Shown one piece after another: positions 1 to 45,940 of a stretch of DNA of 64,000 bases. This stretch comes from the human T2T-CHM13v2.0 reference genome, Homo sapiens: the NCBI RefSeq assembly GCF_009914755.1, contig NC_060941.1. One strand, written 5' to 3'. Under the pieces are notes generated by a model that ran no database searches, was not told the DNA's origin, and was given only the letters and a program-made list of their open reading frames with translations. Position 1 is the stretch's first letter; the number at the start of each line of letters is the position of its first letter. Made by a program: the position numbers and the translations under genes.

Positions 1-8153
<8,153 letters not shown>

Positions 8154-9750
8154 GGCTGCAGGTTATTGATGGTAGCCCAGTTAAGGACCCTGGCTGGGAG
8201 AGGAAGAAAAGAAATTGTAGAAATTAAGAAACTGGACCATTAGATTCACATTTAAAACTTTAAAAAAAAATTTACTGACCAATTGAGTGCTTAGCATTGC
8301 ATTGGGTATGACCACCTCCCTGGCTTGGTTGAGGATAAAATGTCAGTCTCCTTGTTCTGTGCCAGTGCTGACAGACACTTAATCATGCATTTGGAAAGAG
8401 ACTGTTGTTTCTGGCTCACCTATTGCAGTCTCTTAGCTGCTTTCTCTGTTTCATTTGTTAGGTATATTAATCTTTATAAGCTGCCTATCATTGGCTTATA
8501 GAGAACATAAAGCTATAATGGTGGCAGGATAGTCTCCAGTTCTTTCACTTATAGTTTTTATCTTCCCAACTGGATTATAAGCACCTTGCAGGCAGGGAGC
8601 ACTCTTCTTTTTATGGTATCCTTCACACCTCTTAGAACAAATGCTGGACACAGAGAAAGGCTCAAAGCTGGCTTGGTGAATTAAAAGAACAATAGGAATA
8701 TGTTGCTATAATTTTAGGAACTATTCTGTACATGACAGAAATATTTTCATTATAAACTTGGGAGTTACGAAGACTTCCTAATATACAGGAAAGCAGAAAT
8801 GTGTGGCTCTTTGTTTTGCATTGTTAAAAAATGTTCTGTTATCCATCAATTTCTGTTGTCTCTGTATAATAATTTTGACAAACTCAACTTCTTCACTGAT
8901 CTTTAGCATTTCTTAAATATTTATTATAAAACGTTATTACCTATGTTTTCTTGCTCTATTATTAACATTTTTATAACAATTTCACAAAACTTGTTCTTTT
9001 CAGGATCCCCCTCTTGCCACATTAGCTAGCATTCATTAATGCTGTCAATAATCTTCATGTATATTCTACTTTATAATAATAAAGATACCTTTTCCAGGGA
9101 AGCTCATTTGGATACATTTCTCCCATTGAAACTATGTTGACTCAGATAACATAATTAAAATGCTTCATCTTGCTGAATATGCTGACAATCATGTTTCGTA
9201 TTGTGTGTGTGTATATATACATATGTGTGTGTGTGTGTGTATATATTCGTTAATTTTTATTTTATAGATTGTGAAACAACATGCAGTTAAGCAACTTTTT
9301 CCAAGGCAAAGATTCAGACCATTCTATTTATCCAATTAGACATCATCTCTCATAGGTTTTTATATTTATAGTGCTGAGGAAAAGCCATGGTATAGAAAAT
9401 TTAAATTTTCTCTATAATTGAGTAACACTTTGAAATGTTACATTGCATATTGTAATGCAGTCATTTAAAAGATAAACTACAATGCTGGAAATAGTGAATG
9501 AAATTCACTATTGTGAATAAAATTCCCAAGGACTCTGAGAAAGCATTTTCATATATTGCGAGGGATATGAGTTAAGGAGAACCAGTTTCTAAAGTCATTC
9601 TCCATTTTTTAAGAGAAGCGTGATCAACCATGAAATGGAAATGATTTTTTTTATCACTTCCCTCACCCCGCCCCTCACCACTGTCCAAACCACTGCAGAA
9701 GATTCCTTGCACTCTGTGAGGAATGAGAAAAAAAAAAATCAGAATCTTAC

Positions 9751-9781
9751 CGTAGAGATGCGACCTTAAAGTGGATCAGAA
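9751..9781 (-). other. MYH1: MYH1 non-coding exon 2 (31 nt)
   Basis: Minus strand ttttcttacag|TTCTGATCC...TCTACG|gtaaga; same position as MYH2 exon 2. Confidence 0.8.
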
Positions 9782-10030
9782 CTGTAAGAAAAAGAGCAAA
9801 CCTCTTCTGATTAAATTATAACAATTCCCGATTATAGAACAATTCTTAACTGAGAACCAGGAAATGACTGGGAAGACTACAACATCTAATTAAAATTGCT
9901 ACGGAGTAAGCTGGTGCTTCACTGGCAGGGCTGCCAGGGACAGTGGGAGCCAGGATGTGTGGCATGCACGCGGGCAGCCAGACATCCCTTACCGTCCTCC
10001 AGACAGAGCCCTGTCCTCACACACACTTAC

Positions 10031-10055
10031 CTTGAAGCTTTATGAGGAGAGACAA
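10031..10055 (-). other. MYH1: MYH1 non-coding exon 1 (TSS approximate)
   Basis: Donor CAAG|gtaagt at 10031/10030; TSS inferred ~30 nt downstream of the TATA box; aligns with MYH2 exon 1. Confidence 0.75.
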
Positions 10056-10270
10056 GTCATACTCATTCCAAGGGTACTTTTATAGGCTCAAATATGGAAA
10101 ACACGTAACCTCCTCCTCTTTCTTAAAACATATTTGGCAAAACATGTTTTTGGCATTGAAGGTCTCCAAGCCTAATTCCCCTCATATTAAAGATGTTTGG
10201 ATATAATTAGAAATATTTCCTCTCATATTGGGTTAAGTATATGAATCAATCTCCTATAAATAATTTGAGT
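10056..10270 (-). promoter_or_regulatory. MYH1 proximal promoter: TATAAAA, CArG-like, AT-rich block and MEF2 site
   Basis: TATAAAA on minus at 10078-10084; CArG-like TCAAATATGG just upstream; block TTGGATATAATTAGAAATATTT shared with the MYH2 promoter; MEF2 consensus CTATAAATAA at 10254-10263. Confidence 0.85.
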
Positions 10271-12681
10271 CGTTGGCAATCTTAAAGTTGTTGGCCTTTG
10301 GAATGTAAGGTGTTGTTTCAAAGACAGCTAAGTTCTGGAATCCCTGGACTTTGTTGCCTACTGCTCTTCTGTTTCACAGAGTCGCCTGTGTGAAGTCTTT
10401 TCAACTGCCTGCGCAGTTACAGATAGTGTACTCGGGAGGAAAACTTCTGCTCTTTAGCAGAGGGTTATAAAAACGTTGCTTTCTCTCAAAAAGATTTCCT
10501 TTTTTTTTTTTTTTTTTTTTTGCAATTTATTGTGCTTTTTCAAAGTTGCTTGGAAATTTAATTTTGAAACTTGCTTCATGAAGAGCAGCCAAAGATAGCT
10601 TCTTTTGTTTCCTTCAATCAGTCGCCTCTTATTCATTGTCAAATCATTCCACCGGCACTTCGGACTTGCTCCGAAATTGCATTGCCTTCCAAACAGAGAT
10701 GTCCTGCTTCTCTCATTTTTTTTTGGTGCCCAAGTTGCTTGTGAAATCTTGTTTCCTCTATGAAACTCAACATAAGAAAATATTGGAAACAGGGTATTTC
10801 TCTGTCTAAATATGCAGCATCGATGATTTTTCCTCTATCAGCAGTCCATGGGATATATTTAGTATTTTGCTTACAAACAATACCTGAATATTGTTTTCTA
10901 TTTTAATTTTTTAAAAAAGTTTATTTTACTGTCTTTGTGGCCTCACGTCTCTGTCTGTCAGCATTGTCTGGCTAGGACTGGGACAACATTTGCTTAATAT
11001 ACCTGGTTTTGCACCCACATCTGTATTATTGTACTTATATCTCAATTGATTTAATGGCTATAGCTTGCCTTATGAAAGGAGATATCTGGATATACTAGTT
11101 GTAAAGGTCACATAGTTTTATTACCATAAGGGATCATCTAATTCATCTTTCTCATTTTACTAATAAAGCAACTGAGATCCAAAAAATAGAAGAGAATCTC
11201 CACAAATCACACAGCAGTTTAGACTCTGGTCATCTGACTTGCGGTCCAGCGTACTCACTTGTGACACTCTTCTACCTGGGGTAGATTAAAGCCATCAGGA
11301 AGGGTATTGCAGGGATGTGCGTCTGAGAGGGCCTTTCCTAGCCATCTATTAGCCTGCTTTGTTACCACAGGTACCTAATTTTACTTTCTTACATGTCTGT
11401 TTCTTTACTAGGCACCTGCAAAATGTGGGTAATGATTTTCAGGAAGATAAAACATTTTAATAATGCTCTCAATAGGATCTGATGGGAATCTTCAGACAAC
11501 CTTTTGTCTTGCTCTGGATAAACTTTTCAATAAGTAGGAAGTAAGATATTGTTTTTGTTTATTACTGCCACGTTATAAAGCACTTAAGCAATTCCACGTG
11601 ATACAGGAACAAAGTGAAAGAGGGGCTTATGCAGCGAGAAGAGCAATTCCACACCCTTTCTAAGGCCAGTGCGACAGTGTGAATCCAACTTACCTGTTAA
11701 ACTACCATGTCTAATTTACATCATTTTCACACAGTGCCATTTAGACCAAGATACTCTTGCTTTCTATTTGATGGGAAGTTACCATTTAGCTCTTCCTTTA
11801 TTCTGTCGAGGAAGGTTATATTTTTGGCTATGCATCTCAGCTGCATCCAGTTTAAAAATCTTGATCCTCTAGGAAAACGTCTCTGAGTGGTCCAGATTGC
11901 TATGATATCTACTTTTTGTACCAAACTCATACCCATCATTATGTGTGTTGAATATAGATTTGAATAACCTACTTTGAGATCATATTTTCTTGACACTTTT
12001 AGTCATTTATTTTGGCTCTTTATATGATTATCCGGGAGACCATAAAGATTGGAAACATAAGCTAATAGCTCATGGATACTACATTATAACGTAAAAATAA
12101 TATTCTCTATGTCTCCAGATTTGATAGACACCCTGTAGTTTTCATAGGGAGAAGAGTCATATTTAATTTAATTTTGAAACTTGCTTCGTGAAGAACAAGG
12201 TCGTGTCAAACCCATTACCCAGTGCACCTACTGTGGGCATATGGTACATTGGAATTGATAATGTAAATATCCATGGGCTAATTAAGAATATTTTGTATTT
12301 ATATTCTTGATAACAGTTATTCAACAAAGAGAATTAATGATACAATTCAGTTTGAATCCCCTATGTGAGAATATAGCTAGTACTATCCTGAAAAAGGTTC
12401 ATGTTAGGGGAAGCAGGAGCTTTCTAAGATTTTACTGTACTCAGATATCAGGAAAGGTTAGAAAGAAATAAAATAGACTTCCAAATTTCTGTTCATTAGA
12501 ACAGTCTTTCTGGATAAGTGACATCTTTACAGCCTTAAAGTGTTGCCGTAGACCCCCAAAAAAGTCACCAATTGAATGTGATTGTTTGACAACTCTGGTG
12601 ACTATTCAAACTTTGACATGGCTTCAGGAAAGAGAAAAGACAAGACCAGTCTAAGGATATTGTTTGCAAACTACCCTATGC

Positions 12682-12687
12682 TTTATT
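12682..12687 (-). terminator. MYH2 polyadenylation signal AATAAA
   Basis: TTTATT on plus, ~100 nt past the TGA stop at 12790-12792. Confidence 0.85.
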
Positions 12688-12789
12688 TCCTTTGCAACAG
12701 GGTAGAATACACAATAATTACAGAGGGAAATGACCAAAGATGTCACATTTTGTGCCTGTCTTCAGTCATTCCATGGCATCAGGACATGA

Positions 12790-39572
<26,783 letters not shown>

Positions 39573-39769
39573 TCATAGGCCCAGTTGGAAATTCCACTAG
39601 ACAGGTCTACTGTTCACCATACTATAGTTACTGAGACAAACATAATCACAAGAACGAAAATGCATCAGGTGGTCTCTGTGTACCCAATGCCGTATTTAGG
39701 GCTTTGCATCCATTGTCTTATTTCATCCTCCAGGACTCACATTCTCATTGGGAACAGAATTACAGTCCA

Positions 39770-39925
39770 GTGCTGCTGTCAAGTAGCTTGTGACCTTGGG
39801 TATGTCACTTGATGTTTTTGAGCCTAAGTGACTCCATCTTTAGAATAGGGATTATAAATTCTGCCTTTCTAAATTCACAGCCCATGATATATGTGAAGAT
39901 ACTTTGAAAAAGAGGTTTAAATGAT
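39770..39925 (+). mobile_element. MIR SINE
   Basis: tgtgaccttgggtatgtcactt...gagcct...catct. Confidence 0.6.
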
Positions 39926-40930
39926 GACTGAGAAAGTAATTTGAAATTGTTCAGGCCACCATTTATATATGAGATGTCATGAATTATCATGTCACAAAAT
40001 TCCATGTCTTGAATGTAATGTAGAAGAACTTTATTTCCTCCTTTACCTGTTCAGCCAGATTTGTTGAAGTTCAGTGGCTTATTGGAGATTATAATTTTGT
40101 TTACCTTTTTTTCTTTTAGGTTAGGTGCTTAGTATAGTTTCTCTGACATAATTTTTTGCATATTAAATACAGTTCATCAGTTTAACCCCCTTAAACTAAT
40201 TAGGGATAAAAACAGTAGCCAACGTTAACCTCATTCTTCTACATCTAAGGGCTCCCTTTACTATTCCAAATTTTCCTTTGAAGCATGCAGGCCCTGTTTG
40301 CTCCGTTCTATGTGATCTGTAGGTTGCCAGTGGTATCAGTAGAATGAAAGGTTTGGCAAATAATTCTACCGCAGTCATTACATGATCAAATTACTTGAAA
40401 CTCATTTGAATCGTCTCTTCTAGTCTCTCCCTTTAGAAATGCAGTAAGTAGTGGGAGGGCAGATTAATACCTCTATTATATATAAGAAAAATGCCACAGC
40501 ACTCGGCATTGTGTAAGGTGACTTTTTACAAGGGCTTTAAGAAGTTTAAAGGAAGGATTGTCTTACTTCCATTTTACATTGTTGGACATTATGTTTACTA
40601 AATGAATTCTAACAGCAGGATACATTTTTATCAAATTTGAGATTTTTAGCCAGGGAATCTGAGGGTAGACTCTTTTTTTCCTGCACAGACAATATATTTA
40701 TTCAAAGCGATTCCCCTGCTCAAATGTCACCCCACCAATGCTTGAGCCGTAAATGAGGATGTGTGCATTGTCCTGAAAGGACAGTCCTCCCTTTCTCACC
40801 GCTTTCCTGAAGCACAGTTGTTAAAGGGTATTTACTGAGACAAGCACTTTCTGAAAGGTTGCTAAGTGACAGAAATCCATCCCAGAGCCTCTTGCATTCT
40901 CCTCCAGGAACTGGTTAGTCCAAATCTTAC

Positions 40931-40973
40931 CTTGTTAGCAAGTGAGAAGATGTAGCCTGGGAGTGAGACAGTT
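40931..40973 (-). other. MYH2: MYH2 non-coding exon 2 (43 nt)
   Basis: Minus strand ttctttttatag|AACTGTCTC...CTAACAAG|gtaaga. Confidence 0.82.
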
Positions 40974-41191
40974 CTATAAAAGAAAAGGGAAAAGCACTTG
41001 ATTAGTTGACCAAAAAGAGGGGGAAAAAATCCCATTTATGGCATGGCTTGCTATTGTAAACAGAAGTAACAAAATTCATAGAGGTAAAACGTGCAGTTCC
41101 AGAAGGAGCAGTACCAGAACTAGCAGCTGCTGCTGACACTGGGCGGTGTGACCAGTGTCCCTCTTGAAAGGCCCGTCCTGCTCCCACTTAC

Positions 41192-41216
41192 CTTGGAGCT
41201 TTTTAAAGCAGGACGA
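41192..41216 (-). other. MYH2: MYH2 non-coding exon 1 (TSS approximate)
   Basis: Donor CCAAG|gtaagt at 41192/41191, downstream of TATAAAA; aligns with MYH1 exon 1. Confidence 0.78.
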
Positions 41217-41430
41217 GTCAGCCTCATTCCAAGGGCTCTTTTATATGGATAGCTATGGAAACAATGCAGCTGCCTCTTCTTTCTTAAGTCAAAAGGAATT
41301 GTTTGGCAAAATACCTCTTGGCAATCTAGCGTCCCCGCATAATTCTCATTCATATTAAGAATGGTTGGATATAATTAGAAATATTTTTCTTATTGAGTAT
41401 GTGGATAAATCTCCTATGGATAATTTGAGA
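41217..41430 (-). promoter_or_regulatory. MYH2 proximal promoter
   Basis: TATAAAA on minus at 41239-41245; E-box CAGCTG 41267-41272; NFAT-like TGGAAA; collinear similarity with the MYH1 promoter over ~240 bp. Confidence 0.85.
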
Positions 41431-43132
41431 AGATGATCTGAAAGAGTCAAGCTGGTGGATAAAGGCAGTGGCTGGGCAGCCAGGATACCTGGCTTCCCTC
41501 GGAACTTCTTTTTGGCTTTGCTGGGCACGGCATTCGGGCTTGCCTCGCATCACTTTCGCATATTTCACGTGTTAAGTCACATAAATAAAATACAAATATG
41601 TATTTTAATTTTGTGACAGTTAATTTTTACCTGTTGGTCCTTTCTTTCCAGCCCTGCAAAATTAAGCGGTGTGCCTTCAACAACTTAAAGAGACAGAAGG
41701 TCCTCTCTGTTATTCCAATATTCCTGTAGTTTCAGGAATTTCCTTGCTCGCTCACCTTTTTGCTTTTGCCAAAGTTGTTCCCTCTACTTAGCACACCATT
41801 TCCTGTCCCCCTACCCATTTGACTTGCCTGAAATAAAAAAGGTTGAATATTTTCTAGTAGCAGAGGTGTTTTTAGAGAGTACTTTTCAACATTTTTTCGT
41901 GTCATAGCCCGCTGAGAAAAAAATGACAATATTAGTGTAGCATGCTAGAGTAATGTGGAAGGGATTTGTCTATATCTGTAAAGGGCTTGGGGAGAATATT
42001 TTTAATTTTTTTACATTCCTTTATGTAATATAAATATAATAACTATGATACACATAGCATTAAGGAAAATATTAAATACTGAATATGTCGGAAACTTACA
42101 AATAATATCTTCTTGAAAATCCTAAGGAAAAATTTGAGCTATATCCTACAAATAAAACTTGTTTGTTTCTGACTTTATTCTTGAAATATGACACAAATTT
42201 CCAGATCAAATTTTCAAAAATGATACAAACAGTATCTGTGTTCTTGATAATTACCATAGCGGGGATTTTTGTCCAAGAAGGAGGGATGAAAATGGAAAAC
42301 CAAGTAATTTACAACTGTTGGAGTATTTTAAAAATTCACCAGTTCTTCTTTCTCCTTCATTGAAAAATATAATGTTGAATATTCTCGTACAGTGAAAATA
42401 AGTTTTTAATCCATTTAAACTCTCTCTTTCATATCAAATATTTCAAAGGATAATGAAGCTCTAATCTTCAAAAACTTCATGGGTTAAAGGAGTCATCAGC
42501 ATTGGTCAAAGGGCACACCAGTCACAAATACACACAAGTACCTGATCTATTCAAAGTCTAAGGTTTGGAGCTATTACTGTGGGCTACCTCTTCCAGTACA
42601 ACCTACTTAGCCTTCTGGCACCTTTACTCTGGCTGGATGCTCTCTGGGCTGCATGCCTTGTCCCAGGCATCCTGGAACACCAACCCTCCCAGCAATTCCA
42701 GGGGTCTCTTGACTGCAGAAGACAGCATTACATTCTCAGCTGGCTGCTGAAGTCCTTCTTGGTTCCATCCAGCACATGGCAAATACCACCATTGTGCTTG
42801 CCTCCTGTAGGAATCATAGGTTATGCTGTCAGACTCGAATGCAGCCCAGTCAACACTCTGAGGAACCCTTAGTCAGCCTTCTCCCAGCTAGGAGCCACCT
42901 CCCAAGGTCCCCCTCCCCATCCAGCCATTCTGAGACTGAAGAGATCAACATTTTATGGCACATCAGTTACCTTTTTGATGCCAAGATACACTGGTTGGGA
43001 AGCTCTGTTTTAAGGTGAGCTGTTGAGCTGTTTTTCCAAACTAAACAGCCATTTTTAGTGCCCACAGCAATAGTTTAATATTCTCTTGTTCCATCTCTGC
43101 TGCCAATGGGCATTTTCCTTATGTTTTATTAA

Positions 43133-43471
<339 letters not shown>

Positions 43472-43912
43472 TGATCTTCAATTTTAAGTCAATCCATGGT
43501 TCTATATTCTGTTTCCTCATTTGGTAAACTCCTTCAGTGAATACTGTGTTCTATAGGTAGCCGCTGTCTAATACATTGTTTTTGACTGTAAAGAAGAAAA
43601 TGCAAAGCCTTGTTCCCAGTAATTAAGAGACACACCTTAATTGTTCCCGTGCCACTTGGCTCAGGATCTGTGACTGTTAAATGTTCTCTGAGAACAAGAG
43701 CTTAAGGAATATGTCATTCGGGATCATCTTTTCCACTATGTAAACAGGTCAAAGACATACATTCACTTTGTGTCCTTTTCTTGATTTCATTGTATTTTTA
43801 CCACTGCTGCAATAAGTCAGAGGCTTTCTACTTTGCATTGCTCACACCTGGGACTATCTGTCACATTTTGGTGTGGTGACAGCTTGGGAATGAGCTAATT
43901 TAAGAGTGCTGA

Positions 43913-43970
43913 TACTCTCTCTGAATCTCCTTGCATTGTCTATGCCATGCAAGGAGATTCAGAGAGAGTA
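43913..43970. repeat. Perfect 24-bp inverted repeat with 10-nt spacer
   Basis: TACTCTCTCTGAATCTCCTTGCAT-tgtctatgcc-ATGCAAGGAGATTCAGAGAGAGTA. Confidence 0.97.
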
Positions 43971-44249
43971 GCAGCCACTGATCTGGTCTTCAGGAAGGTT
44001 ACAATCTGAGAAATCGGGAGAGCACTAATAGATGGCTCAAGTCACCTTCAGAACAACGTGACGGCGGCCTTTAAAAGTTACAGTGTGTAAATCCTTTGCA
44101 GAAAAGGATCCATATTTTCTGCATCTACTTGATCCTCATCAACACTTAGGATAGTGCTGACATGTAGAAAGTGCTCTGAAATTCTAGTTTATAAATTCTC
44201 AGATGCCCTGGGTTTCTTTATCCTAATCATTCTTGTCCCCAGTAACTGA

Positions 44250-44450
44250 AATTGGGACCTGGATTTAACTTTTGGCTGCATACCAGCTGGATATCCTTGG
44301 AAATTTACTAAACCTTCTCAAGACTCAGCTTCCTGCTCTATAAAAGGGATAAGTGCTACCTCATAGGGGTTTTTGAGGAGTAAACAAGACACGAAAGTGC
44401 TTAGAAGCTGAAAACAGTGCCTGGTACCCATCACTCATTCAACTGATATT
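44250..44450 (+). mobile_element. MIR SINE
   Basis: ccttggaaatttactaaaccttctc..gactcagcttcctgctctataaaagggataa. Confidence 0.6.
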
Positions 44451-44811
44451 AACAATTGTGATTACTATTGCCCCCCACAGTTTGTTAGTTCTTATTCTGA
44501 AGTCTCTGCAGAAGTGAAACTAGTTTTCTTTCTGATCTCTATAACAAGACATGCTCCCTTGATCATTTCAGTCACTCAATAAACATTTGCACAGCATGAC
44601 TATACGGCAGGCTCTCGGGTAAACTCCCCACTGCCACTATGGAATGCCCTCCTCTCTTTCATATTATTGTTTCATTATATCAAAATCCAGCTCAGCTCTT
44701 ATTCAGACATTTTCTCAATTATTCCATCAGATAGAGAAAAGGCAGTTTGGCCTGCGCAGAGAGACAAACTGGCATTAGCTGTTACATGAAGAAAGGTGTG
44801 GTGTAAGAAGA

Positions 44812-45940
44812 GGCTGGTCGTGGTGGCTCACACGTGTAATCCCAGCACTTTGGGAGATTGAGATGGGTGGATCACCTGAGGTCAGGAGTTTGAGACCAGC
44901 CTGGCCAACATGGTGAAACCCCGTATCTACTAAAAATACAAAAATGAGCCGGGTGTGATCCCTGGCGCCTGTAATCCCAGCTATTCGGAAGGCTGAGGCA
45001 GGAGAATCACTTTTTTTTTTTTAATTTTTTAAAAATTTTATTATTATTATACTTTAAATTTTAGGGTACATGTGCACAACATGCAGGTTTGTTACATATG
45101 TATACATGTGCCATGTTGGTGTGCCGCACCCATTAACTCGTCATTTAGCATTAGGTATATCTCCTAATGCTATCCCTCCCCACTCCCCCACCCCACAACA
45201 GTCCCTGGAGTGTGATGTTCCCCTTCCTGTGTCCATGTGTTCTCATTGTCCAATTCCCACCTATGAGTGAGAACATGCGGTGTTTGGTTTTTTGTCCTTG
45301 CGATAGTTTGCTGAGAATGATGGTTTCCAGCTTCATCCATGTCCCTACAAAGGACATGAACTCTACATTTTTTATGGCTGCATAGTATTCCATGGTGTAT
45401 ATGTGCCACATTTTCTTAATCCAGTCTATCATTGTTGGACATTTGGGTTGGTTCCAAGTCTTTGCTATTGTGAATAGTGCCGCAATAAACATACGTGTGC
45501 ATGTGTCTTTATAGCAGCATGATTTATAATCCTTTGGGTATATACCCAGTAATGGGATGGCTGGGTCAAATGGTATTTCTAGTTCTAGATCCCTGAGGAA
45601 TCACCACACTGACTTCCACAATGGTTGAACTAGTTTACAGTCCCACCAACAGTGTAAAAGTGTTCCTATTTCTCCACATCCTCTCCAGCACCTGTTGTTT
45701 CCTGACTTTTTAATGATCGCCATTCTAACTGGTGTGAGATGGTATCTCATTGTGGTTTTGATTTGCATTTCTCTGATGGCCAGTGATGATGAGCATTTTT
45801 TCATGTGTTTTTTGGCTGCATAAATGTCTTCTTTGAGAATCACTTTTGAACCCAGGGGGTGGAGGTTGCAGTGAACCAAGATGGCGCCATTGCACTCCAG
45901 CCTGGTGACAGAGCGAGATCCGTCTCAAAAAAAAAAAAGA
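44812..45940 (+). mobile_element. AluS interrupted by an L1PA insertion
   Basis: Alu runs 44812 to ~45014 and resumes at ~45835 (gagaatcacttttgaaccc...polyA). Confidence 0.92.
45015..45834 (-). mobile_element. Young 5'-truncated L1PA (L1PA3/4-like), ORF2 C-terminus + 3'UTR
   Basis: ORF2-like peptides [39 protein letters not shown] and MFIAALFTIAKTWNQPKCP; TSD GAGAATCACTTTT at 45002-45014 and 45835-45847. Confidence 0.95.

Noticed and set aside
9490-9512. 10-bp inverted repeat AATAGTGAAT/ATTCACTATT
   Set aside because: Short and AT-rich; expected by chance in 64 kb
45151-45879. ORFs resembling L1 ORF2p
   Set aside because: Only the last ~0.8 kb of a truncated L1; not an active element or a gene
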